DNA of 63,689 nucleotides, counting the filler, from Platydemus manokwari (Eukaryota), in assembly GCA_037951405.1 (NCBI GenBank). It is 5 parts of 5 records of this genome, joined end to end, with 100 filler letters (N's around TTAATTAATTAA, not from the genome) between each part and the next. Parts side by side here need not be neighbours in the genome. Positions count along the whole stretch, not along the records: positions 32,961 to 44,027 come from JBBMOY010797758.1; positions 44,128 to 53,725 come from JBBMOY011227654.1; positions 53,826 to 63,689 come from JBBMOY011195543.1; 2 more parts are not named here. One strand, 5' to 3'. The stretch's first letter is position 1, and each line of letters starts with the position of its first letter. Both the position numbers and the translations under genes were made by a program. Positions 42,105-55,070 of this stretch are shown here, in pieces. A model generated the notes under the pieces. That model worked only from the letters and a program-made list of their open reading frames with translations. It ran no database searches and was not told where the DNA came from.

Positions 42105-42488
42105 TAGCCGTTCTCAACCTTTTGTCTATGGCGACTCATTTTCTCATTTTTAAGATTTTGGCGACCCAAAAGAAAATTAATATTACTAAAGATAAGTCAT
42201 AACTCATCATATTTAATAAAACCAATTTGCAACATTTCATTGATTTACAACAAGTTATGAATTACCTATAATAATAAGATTATCAGATAATAACATTACC
42301 TATAAAATACTGAACTGCAGTAGTCATGGTAATTGTGAACAGAAGTAGTTTAATCATCATCAAAAACATCATCATAAAACACAATTTTTTGCATGTAATG
42401 GTTTGTACACTCATCATAATTCGGCGAATGCTTTAGAAATGCTTGCCGTCCTCATTTGAGGTCGCGACCCCAGGTTTGAGAAGCACTG
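42105..42488. mobile_element. hAT (Charlie-type) MITE, 384 bp, with perfect 8-bp TSD
   Basis: Termini TAGCCGTTCTCAACCT / AGGTTTGAGAAGCACTG. Subterminal GCGACCC-type motifs at both ends. TSD CAATAAAG at 42097-42104 and 42489-42496. Confidence 0.92.
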
Positions 42489-43977
42489 CAATAAAGTATT
42501 ATATATATATATGTATACGTGTGTGTGTGTGCGTGAATAATAATTCAAATTATTTTAAAAATTAATAATCAGCTTTTATTAAATTAATATTTGTTTTTCA
42601 TAATCAATATCCAATATTTAATATTAAAATCAATAATTCTCGAAATGATTTTAACCGAATTTGATTATTTGCATTTCATTCTAATAAATTATACATTTAA
42701 CAAGCTCTTTGATCACATTAAATAATTTCACAGATAACAACGTGTCAACAAATGATTGAGTGACAAATAGTAATGCCATTAACAAGTGAAAATGAAGAAA
42801 TAATAAAGCTTGTATGAAAATCAACCCAAAAAATGGATAATAGTTATTTTAATTTAATTTCAAAGATTTAAAGAAAAAAAATTTTAAGCCCAAAAACCTA
42901 TTGAAGAAACAGTAGAAATTTTTGCAATACTAAAGGAATACTGAATAAATCAAGCAGTGAATGGTGGTCAGAATAAGCTAGAGTAAATTACTGAGATAAA
43001 TCCATTCAAAAATCAATGGTTTTGTTTTCATTGAGTTATTATTCGAAGAATGACAATATTTTGTACATTAGGGAACAATCTTATCTGTCGATTAATGCGG
43101 ATTTTGTCTTAAATCGTTTGGGTTTTGTTTCGTTATGATGTTATAACTTTTTTTTTCGTTCACAATTCTAAGACAACAAAAGAACTAGAAAATCTTATAA
43201 GAGAAAAAATTAATTCACTCGTAAATGATGGATATGGAGATGTTTTGCTGAAGTAAAATATGTTTTCATTCGTTTTGTAAACGTATAATCGATCTTATAT
43301 GACATAAACATCCACAATCGATGAATATATGCGGACTGGTTTTATGAGCAAATAATCGTATGCTTTGTATTAACCTTGTTAATGTTATTGATTTCCTTAA
43401 TCCAGTCCATAAAAGAAGATTTACACAAATGTTTGAGTTATGTTTACATTTAATTTATTGATTATTTTATGAAAATATATGGTTTCTATAACATAGTATA
43501 ATGATTTAAATAAATCATAACTATATATAATATTGATTTTTATCACTTGGTTTGTTCTATGAGAAATTGTGATATTAATCGAGTTTACCTTTAAAAGTTA
43601 ATAAAATCTATTAAAAATCGATACAAGTGAATCTAAAAGCTAAATATAAACAATAAGATATTTTAGATTCACGGGTAACTAGGAGTGATTTTGATCCTGC
43701 TATTCAGCCAATCGGATTTTCACCAATCTGACCTGCGTCTCTGCAGACATATAATGCAAACCTACTACCTATTAGAAAACATTTGTCCTATTACGAAACA
43801 ATTTGACCTTTATTTGCTGTATTTGTATCTATTTTATTTCTCATAAATCAATGATATAGTTCTATATAGTCGACTTAGAACTATCGATTTATGGAACATT
43901 ATAAATTGTCATTCGATACTTTATAAATAAAACAATATCTTATCTCGATGGTCTATTCAATCAAAATCATTTCCATC

Positions 43978-43981
<4 letters not shown>

Positions 43982-44023
<42 letters not shown>
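43982..44023. repeat. (TA)n microsatellite at contig end
   Basis: About 20 TA units before the gap. Confidence 0.9.
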
Positions 44024-44027
<4 letters not shown>

Positions 44028-44127
44028 NNNNNNNNNNNNNNNNNNNNNNNNNNNNNNNNNNNNNNNNNNNNTTAATTAATTAANNNNNNNNNNNNNNNNN
44101 NNNNNNNNNNNNNNNNNNNNNNNNNNN
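44028..44127. other. Assembly gap/spacer
   Basis: N44-TTAATTAATTAA-N44. Confidence 0.97.
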
Positions 44128-44626
44128 ACTATTATTATTATTAATAATAATAATCATAGCCATTAAAACCCTATCAATAATATTACTAATAATAGTAATA
44201 ATAATGATATTAGTAATAATAATAACAGTAAAATTAATGATGTTAATAATAATTATTATGATAAAGTGATAATAATTATAATGAAAATAAGTCTTTCATT
44301 TCCTTAAAATTGTATACAAAAATAAACACATCTAATAATAAATACACCGTGTTTTTATTTAATGGAAAAAAATACAATCAATTTACCGCCAATCAATTTT
44401 TGTGTTACTTTTATCATTTTAGCGTCATTAGAGCAATAAATTATAAATGATCTTCTTAAATCACATTAATAATTCTAACAATTCACGCTTTGTGTTACAT
44501 ATTCCATCGTATTGATATTAATACATCATAATAAATGACGAGCACATATTTATTAAATTGGGATCACATGGGAATGTTCGGAATCGATATTATATTGATA
44601 AATCAATAGTTTTGGTCAATTAGTTG

Positions 44627-45620
44627 TTTATCTCTCCTGTTCTTTGGTGATTCTTTCAGTGATGATAATACTGATTATTTTTCAAAATGACTATCAACGT
44701 TGCTGTAGAAACCCAAAATAATTAATCAACTTATTATTTCTAAATTAATTATAAATATAAAAATATAATAACTTTAAAATATCGAAATATAATGGGTTTG
44801 ATTAAAATAATTAAAAGACTAATTAATTTAAAACTTTACCCCAAATTCGGAAAGACCATCCAATAACCCCAAAATAGAAATATTATCACTGAAATTGTGA
44901 CTGAAGAATTGTTTTTCATTTTCAGTAGATTTATTTCTATCGATTTCACTTGCATCAAAAGATATGGATTAGATTTATCTCCATTAATCATTACAAAGAA
45001 CTCAAACATGTATTTCCTGTCAACCCTCGAAATTCCTAGATTATTAATGAATGATTACTTCAATAATATTGAAATTGAATTTTGAGTTCTGATGGTGATA
45101 ATATATAAATATTTAAAGATCCTTCTTGACCCGCAGAAAAACCATTAAGATAAGCTTTGAACGGTTTTTATAGTAAATTCAGGAATTTAGGTCATCTACA
45201 GCAAGCAAAGTCGATTTTGAATCCATTTATCGGTTCTATTGATTCTATTAATTCTCAACACTCATACAAATAATACCGAGGCGAGTAAATTCCAAAAGCC
45301 TTGAAAGTAAGTAATCTATCTATACTGGATCATTCTTGATGACTGATAGTTTTCAAACGAATATCCAAAGTTCTTTGTAAGAAATCCTTAAATATCCGAC
45401 CTGGAATTACACAAGTAAAAGAGAATTTCAAAGAGTTTTCGTTTTTTTCGACATCGGCAGTCTGAAATAAATAAAAATTTGTTTATCTATTTCCTACAGA
45501 TTTATTAGCATATCACCTATCGAAGAATTTTAATTGAGGAAACCGATACTTTGGATCACGATAGGAAACAAACAGTGAAGAATTTAAAAAATGAAGAACA
45601 GATAAGAAATTCAACAGTAG
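44627..45620 (-). pseudogene. Possible spliced pseudogene for a single-pass membrane protein
   Basis: Plausible GT-AG introns at about 45516-45462 and 44839-44703. Hydrophobic N-terminal exon (LLNFLSVLHFLNSSLFVSY), middle exon with several stops, TM-like SVTISVIIFLFWGYWMVF, and a short charged tail. Confidence 0.3.
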
Positions 45621-47296
45621 ATTTATTTACTAGATGATAAAAATACACAAATATATGGAATCATTTTTGTAAAGAAAGTAAAGATTATTTTATAAATTTC
45701 TGCGGAATACTATTTTGATTTCATGCCAATTTTCCAACCTGTTACAAACAAATATAATCTTCTGGGTATGTCTCATAAAATTCGATAGTCACGGAAGAAC
45801 GATTTAAAAATAAAATTATGTATTCCCTAAATTGAAAATTATCATCTTTTTAAAAATACAATACTGTGAGAGTTTTGGGACAATCAATTATTCCATTGAA
45901 CATTCGTATTAGACAGACACACACATTCACAACAGCACACCATCAGTGAAAGTCATGCTAGCAGTTGATTGTCTCGGTAATTGTAACAGTAGAAACTCAA
46001 CAGAAAAATAACTAAAGTAATAACGATTAACTCCAGATAGAGTGCCGATTTTTATATAAAATCTTAACCCAATTAATATTCTCGCTCTTATAAAAATATT
46101 TTAGTGGAACTATTTAATAGTATCGACAAATTAACTATTAATCAATAAAGTGTTGTTTAATAAATTCAATAAATTAAGGATTTCACAATACAATTTAATT
46201 AGTTGTTTAAAATAATGGTTTTGTTTTAATAAGTTGTTTCCAAGGAAAAGTGGAACAGTGAAATAGTTCTTACAAAGCTGTGAAATATTGTCCGGAAAGA
46301 GATCATTATGAACACTGACATTCAAACTGTAGGAGAGTGTAAAAATAAAAGTCAACCCAGACCCAGTTAAACCTTATGAAACGAGTTAAAATACTTGATC
46401 GCAATATATCATTACCAATAACGAAGCCACAAGAACATTTTTTTCTGACCAAGTGATCTTGATAGATGAAGGAAAAAATGTGTCGATAAAGAGGAGTGAT
46501 CGATGGTTTTTTTATCTTCATGAATAAAAAACAATTTGTATTTAAAACGAACAAATGATGTCATTATTTTTATGAGAAGTTGTCATTTCAAAATATTTTT
46601 GGTTACTCCATTTGGATATATCAATAATATCATCGAATTTTATTTTGATGGAAAATATATCGCCAAATTAAATCCTTATAATTTGAAAAAAACTATTCAC
46701 CTAGTAATGAAGACTCGATTGAATAAAAATCCATATTAAAAAATATCTTTTTCGTGATTAGATATCCAATTTTATTGGTTTATATTTAATATCAAATAAC
46801 ACAAATCATTGAGATTCACTCACTTTTAAAATAATTGAAATTTTTTCGATAATTTGAAAAGATAATTTTCTTATAAGTCATTATAATTTAACAGTTATTT
46901 CGAAACAAATTCAGTGTTTCTCTTAATTCTCTATGGAGTTAATTATCATAGCAATTATTTTATCTTTGATCGTGGAAAATTTTGCAGTCTGATCAACACG
47001 TATTAAGCTTTTTAAATCTCAAATTCCAGAAACAAAGTCTTAACAGAGCTTATAAAAGATTTAAAAAAGTATTTTTAGAAATTATTCTTTTGATTTTGAG
47101 TTTTTACAATTAATTTTGTATTCTTTCTCATTACCATTATTTAGTATGATTTGGAAATGTGTGGATTATTTCATTTAAATCTACTAAAACTTATTATGTT
47201 GTCTTGTATTTATATGTATTCTTCAATTATTGAATATCTTTGTGTTATAATTGGCTATCCATGTATATTTTAAAATCAATAAATATTTCTTAATCA

Positions 47297-47380
47297 AGCT
47301 TAAATTACGAAAAGGGAATCTTTGACCTAATTTTAATATAATGATTTTTCGTGTTTTATTTAATTTTAAATTTTATTTAT
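47297..47380 (-). mobile_element. Merlin right-end fragment adjacent to the next copy
   Basis: AGCTTAAATTACGAAAAGGGAATCTTTGACCTAATTTTAA matches the reverse complement of 23940-24002. Confidence 0.7.
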
Positions 47381-47390
47381 AACGATCTTT

Positions 47391-48456
47391 GGCTTAAGTT
47401 AAGAGAAAGGGTCCTTTGACCCGATTTTAATGTAATGTGTATTCGTGCATAATGTAAAATAAAATTTTATTTTTAATTATAATTTAAAGAAATTTTTAAT
47501 TAAAATTCAATCATAGATGATAAAGGCAAAAAACAACTCCAACAATCCCTACATATTATTGATCATGGTTTCACAAACATGCAGTTGAATAAAAGTACCA
47601 TTTTAAATATAAAATTTCCATTTATTGCTTTTGGAGTTGATGCCCTTCAGAAGTAAGAAGCAATTCTTTTTCACTATATATCTCGAGTCAATCAACTCAA
47701 ATTCCGTGTCTTCAACGCCCGCTATGATATTTGGCCTGTCCAAAATAAGCCTCATCAATTTCTACGACAATGTTTTGACCTCCAATTGTTTTTCTTTGTT
47801 AAGCTATATCTTCATAGACTTGGAATCTACAAATTTTGTACCTTAATAAATAATTATAAATTCTTAGTTTTATTTTAATAAAAATTGTCACCATTTGCTG
47901 ATTTTTGGTTTGCTTATGCAAGTTATTTTGCTAATACACTTTTTGTGTGAGTCCCATGCATCGAAAATACCTTATTCAAAATGTCGAAGGAACAAGGTCG
48001 AATTGTTGAACCGTGACATTATTCGAATTCCGAAACTCCTTAAATATTTGTGGCATCTCTACCTATACAATTTATTTGACTTGGATGAAATCTTCATTTT
48101 ATAACAGCATTGACAGATTTTGGATCTATGTATCCAATCTATTAAATAGATATTAATATACTAGATTTGAAAATCATAGAGACGTGCCTTATTTCAAAAA
48201 TAAGTATATTAATATCTATTAATATCTATTTTCAATAAATTACTTTCTGACCTACTTTGACCTGTTTTTCAAATATTTAACTTTTAGTAGATTTTAAAAC
48301 ACCTGTGTATATATTATTTGATTGTAAACAAATAAATTTCTTCTCAAGTACTTAAGTAAAAAATAAAAAAATGTTTTCAAAACATTTAATTAAATAAACT
48401 ATATGGATTTTTGTAATATGCTCAAAAAATTTAAAATATTATTTTGGGACCCTTTT
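47391..48456 (-). mobile_element. Merlin element, longest derivative, carrying transposase pseudogene
   Basis: Right TIR GGCTTAAGTTAAGAGAAAGGGTCC at 47391; left end ...TTTTGGGACCCTTTT at about 48456 (terminal bases lost). Interior encodes Merlin motifs. Confidence 0.9.
47680..48150 (-). pseudogene. Merlin / IS1595-family DDE transposase remnant with a 50-nt GT-AG intron (47842-47891)
   Basis: YLIDWIHRSKICQCCYKMKISSKSNKLYR*RCHKYLRSFGIRIMSRFNNSTL (zinc ribbon). Then CISKPKISK-W(split TG|G)-YKICRFQVYEDIA*QRKTIGGQNIVVEIDEAYFGQAKYHSGR*RHGI*V, matching W...cR...IGG.g.iVEIDE..fg..KY.rGR...g.WV. Confidence 0.88.
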
Positions 48457-48794
48457 ATCATATTTTGACTTAAAATTCCATATTAGATGAAAAGGAAAAA
48501 ACAGCTAAATTCTATCAGAACAACGATTACAATTTAATGTTGATTCGATGTTTTTAATTTGATTTACAATGTTTACTTCTATGATTGTCACAACTCGACT
48601 TTGAAAGGAGAAGACATCAAGAAATCATAAAATTTTATGTAACAATAAATTTTAAAATATTTAGTTTTGTTTTTGATTTTTTTATTATTTTGTAAAAGTT
48701 GATTTATTTGTTGATATCTGACATTTTATGATGTCGAATAGGAACTAAATAGAATTGCTAAACCTAGCTGCTGTTCAAATTATAACTCTTCTAT

Positions 48795-49132
48795 ATGATT
48801 TTTTGTGTTTTCAAATTAAAATTAAATTTAAATTAAATTTAAGACATCTTTAATAATATCATTGCTTATTTTTACAACAATTGTAATTTTTATAAAAGTT
48901 TCTCAAAAAAGTGTGCTCGCTAATTTTGAATAAAATACCAATTAAATTTTAGGATATTTTGGAGGTCTGGTTCACATAATATTTGATTTCAAACAGCTGA
49001 AATTCTCCTTAAGTACTTAAATAAAAAATTCAAAATGTTTATAAAGAATATAATTAAACAAACTATATATATTTGCAATACACTCAATAAATTAAACATT
49101 TTGGTTCTGCACGCCTTTTCTTAACTTTAGCC
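48795..49132 (-). mobile_element. Merlin MITE left-half fragment
   Basis: Ends CCTTTTCTTAACTTTAGCC and is colinear, with deletions, with 61070-61473. Confidence 0.8.
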
Positions 49133-50169
49133 CTTAAACGCAATATAAATTTTATACTGATGTGCATAAGTATCCCCTCTATTTTACATGGTCCACTTCA
49201 AAGATATCAGATCTCAGGTTCCTAAAGATATTAATTACTAACATTCTTGGGAGGGTATAAAAATAAAATTAAAATAATTTCAAAAATATGAAAATAACAA
49301 ATAAAAATGAATAAAAAGGTGAACTTATAGATTGATTACTGGAAACAAAAATTGGATTAGTCATTTGTTAAATAACGAAAAATTATTATTCGACGATTTA
49401 TGTCACATTTTAAACAATGAGCACGTGGCATCATTTTTGTAATCAATCGAAAATTTGGTTGTCAAATCAAGAATAAAATCAATGCCTGTTTGGAATTTAT
49501 TCACAAATATAAATAAATCTGATCTGAATCAATGTAAAATTGTAAATATCATGCTGTAAGGATCATCAGAGTTTATTTATTGCACTAAACTATAAGAATA
49601 ATAATTGTATCACTAGTTCATTGACATATTTGAATTTTAATGTCACTTCATTAAGCTTATTGTGCATTCCTTGTCACTTTAAAGTTATCCACTTCAATGG
49701 CCTTATCGACTTTATTTTAAAAATTATTTTGTTTATATTATTTTAGTGTATTACATAACATTATGCTAATGTTGTTAATATTATAGAAAATATTAGACTT
49801 TCTGATTTATATAACTTGTTATGAACGGTAACAATACGAAAAGTTATACGATATGAAAACTATAATTACTTACCCTAAATAAGTAATATTTTGGAAATAA
49901 AAATATTGGTGTTTATGTATTCTTTTTTTATAATCAATATTTACCAAAACTATTAGCAGACCTAATATTACTAGTGACCATTTATTAAAACGAAACTAAA
50001 TTAAAAAATAGTATATTTAATTTTAGAATAGTTCTATTAAAGATGTCATATGGTTTGTGATCAGAAAGTTTTAGGAATCTTTAATTAATCTGGTCTCCAA
50101 CAGAAAAAGCTGTTGTTGCAATTTAATCATCGGATATTATCAAATACACTTACTATAAAATAAAACAAT

Positions 50170-51824
50170 ACAAATTAACAATTGATAAGAAATAATAATA
50201 ATAAGCTTCGTTCAAATAAAATTGTCTTTTCATATAATATCAATATATATGATATCAATTTTGTGTGCTCGTAATATTGTGCTCCATAAATTGTGCTAAC
50301 AATTTTGTATTCATAATATTGTGCGTTAAGGTTTCTGAGTAGAATTACTAGTGCCACTTGTTCATGCACTGTTTCAATTTATGTCATCTTTGTATGTTTT
50401 ATGAGTCATATGGCTATTTTTAGGTATATTCTATGCTTAGTATCACGTGTTACTATTTTTGGTAATTTATGTATAAGTTACTATTTTTAGTCAACGTAGT
50501 TATTTTGAATAACTTTCGGTGTTATTCTATTTTTGGATATGGCGTGACATTTATATTTAGATTTACGTTGAATTTTGCTATGACCTTGATGTCGATGAAA
50601 CAATTGGTGCGATTATACAAATTTAGAAAATTTTGTTTTTATTTTATTTCGAAATTTTTCTATACTTATTGTTTGTCATTATTTGATTACTCAAGTAGCT
50701 CGGGTGGTTCCTTATATTTCAATGAGATCGATAAATTCTGATTTACATCGGTATTCAATCTTTCATTAGAATTTTCGGTATTTTGGTTAGTACGTTGTTG
50801 TAATCAAGTTTTCATAATAAACGCTTTGTTTCAGCTCTCTAGTTTGGATTCATCTTCAGCAATTTGCACACTATTTTATTTTCAGAACATAATATCAATA
50901 ATTTCTAAAATCAATGAATTTTAGAAATATCTTTCTACAAATTTAGATAAGGCCGTACTAGAGTTGGAGTAACTGGAATCTTGGTTTGACATACAAGCCA
51001 GACTATTGCCTTTGGAATGATTGTCAATATCGTTTTTTCCTAATTCCAATTAATAAACGATATGTTATTATTCCCATAATGGTTTTTTATTATTAAATAT
51101 CTGTTTGTGATGCTTGAGTTTGAGTTTGTTTATCGATTTTTTAGTAAAGACCATACAAGTTTTTTGGTTCTCGTTCCAATCCAATCTAAGCTTTAAAGTG
51201 GATTTCTAAATCCAAAATGACAGAACGTTGACCATTTATCTTATCGATGCTAAATGCTTAATAGAGAAGCCCAGACTCATGAAAGATGCTAATAAAAAGA
51301 ACAGGCAATTGATTAAGTCCAATAAAAAACCAAGGCTTAATTATTGTATAATTTGATAGTTGGTCTACTCCGTTGTTAAAGTATTGCGATTTACGATAAA
51401 ATATAGGGTTAAGATTTTGAGAGAAACTAAATCAAATATAGTTTTAATCAGTGGTATCCTCGTTTTAAAGAGGTGAGCTCAGTGGGTACACGTTTTGATT
51501 CTGGAACTGATTTAGACAATATAAGAGGTAACTCCTGTGGATCCGATGGAGATGATGAAATATTAACAGGTCCCCTAGAACTGAACCTGTAGTCATCAGG
51601 TAAGTGGCGGTTAGCAAAATAAAATAAATGATATACAGGACATCGACTAAACGTTAATCAAACGTGGGAATAATTTGTCGTACTTAATAAAACTTTATAT
51701 TTGGACGAAGAATAACCTGATGTATGACGTTACCAAAATGGAGTACATAGTGATAAGAAGTTATCTTAACCTTCAACGGAGACACACGTGATTATTGGAC
51801 CAATCCAGTGGAAAGACTCCAACA
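50170..51824 (-). mobile_element. Degenerate LTR retrotransposon 5' part (short LTR remnant, PBS-like site, gag zinc-knuckle remnant)
   Basis: Minus strand TGTTGGAGT...TACTCCA (51824-51739), then TTT-TGGTAACG. A decayed CX2CX4HX4C knuckle ((C>R)TNC..HRHQGHSKIQ(C>R), frameshifted) lies at about 50565-50612. Patchy similarity to 10200-10350. Confidence 0.4.
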
Positions 51825-52546
51825 TTTTTGCAGGTTAAATTTTCTAATATTACTCTGCCCAAGTCATGAAATAAACATTTATTTGTGTTTATTTCAATGG
51901 CGATGTTATTAATAATCCATAAATATGAAACAGCATCCAAATTATTATTTAAATAATACGTTCATGATAAAAATAACAATTTTAACGGTTATATAAAATG
52001 AATACCAAAAATTATCAACAGAATTTAATATGAAGAAATACACAAATTTATTTTGATTCTTTCAGAGACTGATATTTAACACAGCCTCTTCAAGTCAATG
52101 ACTACTATTGCTATATTCAACAATTCAAAACAGATTAGAAAATAATATCAAGATCTCAAACAATAAATGATGTTTACAATAATTATTGGAATTATCTAAA
52201 AAATTAATCTAAAAATTATAAAAAATCTGGCATGGAATCAATTCTCCACATTATAATAAGGCCTCTGATAGTAGTTCTGTGGCTAATTTGTTGTTGTCTC
52301 GTTTGGTTTTGTAATCACGAATGGCTGCCTTTGTGAGTTGATAAACACATCGACTACGTATATTGGTGTGCGTGAACATATTGCTGTGGCATCTCTTAAA
52401 TCTGAAACAGATATCCATCAACTTTTACCGCTTAGACATTTGTACATACTTTTGCTTCCTGGATCACCTTATCGATTTTTGAATTCAAATTCCGTATCAT
52501 TTAAAATGCATTATTTTTTATAAACAAGATAATGAAATATATCTGT

Positions 52547-52990
52547 TGTGAGATTACCAATATTGAATTATATTTTTGATGATTTTCTATGTGTGTTATA
52601 TAAAATAGTAGTGGTTTACATGGCGATCACGCATCTGGATTCGATTCTGAGAACATGAATGACTGAAAACTGTGGAAAAGAAGGAGAGGATGCTAATATT
52701 ATATAGAGAATATATAAAGATGTAGATTAGATATAAGAGGGTATACAGATAGATAGAAAATTAGAGATTGTTAGATAGATAAATATGCTGGGTATTCGAT
52801 CTAATGTCAATTAGAATGACAAAGGGATTTAAAGATTTTAAAATGAGGGGGATGTGAGAACACTAAAATTGAATTAAATTTTTGAAGCTTTAATTTTACA
52901 TAAAATTATATTAATTTGTTTAAATTATTGTGTTCAAATACATAATTAGATCTCGCGTCATTTCAGTTCGTTTTTAATGTGTGATTTTTC
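52547..52990 (+). mobile_element. TRIM-like element copy D
   Basis: 5' repeat TGTGAGA...TTATATAAAA (internally deleted, 52547-52605), shared interior, polypurine tract GAGGGGGA, then 3' repeat starting TGTGAGAA at 52853. Confidence 0.7.
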
Positions 52991-53725
52991 GCAACCAGTA
53001 ACAGCTAACATTTAGATTGATTGTTTTATTTATTGATTTCTAAAATATAAAGTTATCTTCTGAAAATGTGTACAGCATTATCGAACACAGTCCAAGTGTT
53101 TCCGTGAAGCGTATTAAATATTTCATTAATCCACGTGATCAAAATATAAATAACTCAATTCAAAGTTCAATGAAATTACAATGCTTAACATTTGAATCGA
53201 TTAACCGTTAAATAAATGATGAGTCAAAACAAATGTTGTCATCAATATTGCGTTTTAATCAATTTTTTGTTTCTTTAAATATTTTGTTATGAAATAAATT
53301 CAAAAAAATCGAAAATATCGAGCCAGTGGACAATGTACTGAAGAATATTTTATCACAATCAATAAGATATTATATATTTATAAATGTCAATATCACCACT
53401 CAGTCCATCGATTAACTTATTTTGTAGTTATTTTATTTCATTTATTTTCGGTATGATCATTCAAACATTAAGTGATGAGTTGCATCGAACTATTAACTTT
53501 GTCTTACAGATGATTCGAAAACCTATTTTCAAACGCCATCTTGAAAAAGAAATTCCCAATGAAATCATTATAAATCCCATTATCTTATATCAGGTGTACC
53601 GGTATGAAATGAGCGTTAAGATACAAATATGTTGGTAGGGAAGATTTTTTGTGAACAAGCCTTAATTTTTATTCTGTTTGGTTGGAATGACATAATCAAT
53701 AACCTTATCAATAACCTTACATTAT

Positions 53726-53825
53726 NNNNNNNNNNNNNNNNNNNNNNNNNNNNNNNNNNNNNNNNNNNNTTAATTAATTAANNNNNNNNNNNNNNNNNNN
53801 NNNNNNNNNNNNNNNNNNNNNNNNN
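53726..53825. other. Assembly gap/spacer
   Basis: N44-TTAATTAATTAA-N44. Confidence 0.97.
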
Positions 53826-55070
53826 AATAATAAAAAACCAGATAAAGAAAGATAGTTAACAAAATAGAATAAGTATCATTCACACAAAAACGTGAGAAAA
53901 AATGCAAAAAAGCAATTAATTATTCACAAAGCGTGTGAAAAAAATGCATTAAAAATCAGCGGCATGAAGAGCCGCATAGGTGGGTGGACGCGATCAGCAA
54001 GTATAAATAACAACGCTGATCGTGGTATCACCACTCACTAAAACAGTTGAGCGCTAAACTACTGTGAAAAGTGATCGCAGAATTATCAGACGACAAATAA
54101 ACAAGGTGACATTACAGCGTATCGAAGGTGGAGTGAAATTTAAAATCGTAGGACAAGAGATTTTAATTGTCATATAGTTACAGTAAATCAGAAGCGACGA
54201 TCAAGTGAAATCTTTTAAGAACAGCTACGCGGAATTATTACTCGGAATTATTATTCGGAAATTATTTTCATATTTGACAGGAGCTGAAAGTAGTAAGAAT
54301 AAATTTTTATAGTAATTCACAATTTTCATAACCATTAATCAATAAGCTCACTAATTATTTACTAAACTAATTGTTAACTAAACTAAAGTTAATAATCGTT
54401 AATATATTGTATTGCTTTGTCGATAACTAATATCTTCCGCTATTTTATAATTCAAACTCTTCGTCAGTTCCACGGATTTTCCTGTTAATCGCTGAGGCCA
54501 GGTACTGGGTATTTGGATTAAATTTTTAATATTTTATTTTAAAATTAACCATTGAATTTCTGCCTTCTCAATTAATAAATATTTTTGAGATTTGGCATTT
54601 TAATTTTTAACTCAGTAATCATTACAGAGTGACTCAATCATTATTTACCAAAAAACCGTGCGAGGACACATCATTATATCATACTAATTTTTTAACGGCC
54701 GTTATTGTTAAATATAATATCAACCAGTTAAATCTCCGTTCATCGTTTTATCATAGATTATTAATTAAAGCAGGTTTTCATAACCACGTCATTATTTTTC
54801 AGGCCCAAGGCAACTCAGTTCCTCTGTGCTGAGCTATTAACTTAAAATCAAATTATTTTCAGCAGCTCGGTCATCACACCAGTTGCCGAAGCCCCTAGAA
54901 CCAGTAAAATATAAAATTAACCGCCGACCACCAAAGTATTTTGTTCAATAATATTACAACTGTCACTCAAGAAATTCCACGAGTGACGCAAAAGTTAATC
55001 TGAACAAAATTGTAATAATATTGCCTACAATTTACTGACAGGGAGAATTATTGATTAACTGCATCAGGAA
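53826..55070 (+). mobile_element. LTR-like unit plus leader, same family as 15821-17000
   Basis: A-rich U3-like stretch and AAGTATAAATA TATA box at 54002. CTTCGTCAGTTCCACGGATTTT...GCTGAGGCCAGGTACTGGGTATTTGG aligns with 16588-16644; GAAGCCCCTAGAACCAGT...CCGACCACC aligns with 16950-16989. Confidence 0.55.

Noticed and set aside
46200-46560. Innexin/pannexin-like reading of a Cys-containing minus-strand ORF
   Set aside because: It lacks the diagnostic FPRVT.C and NEK motifs; the resemblance is superficial.
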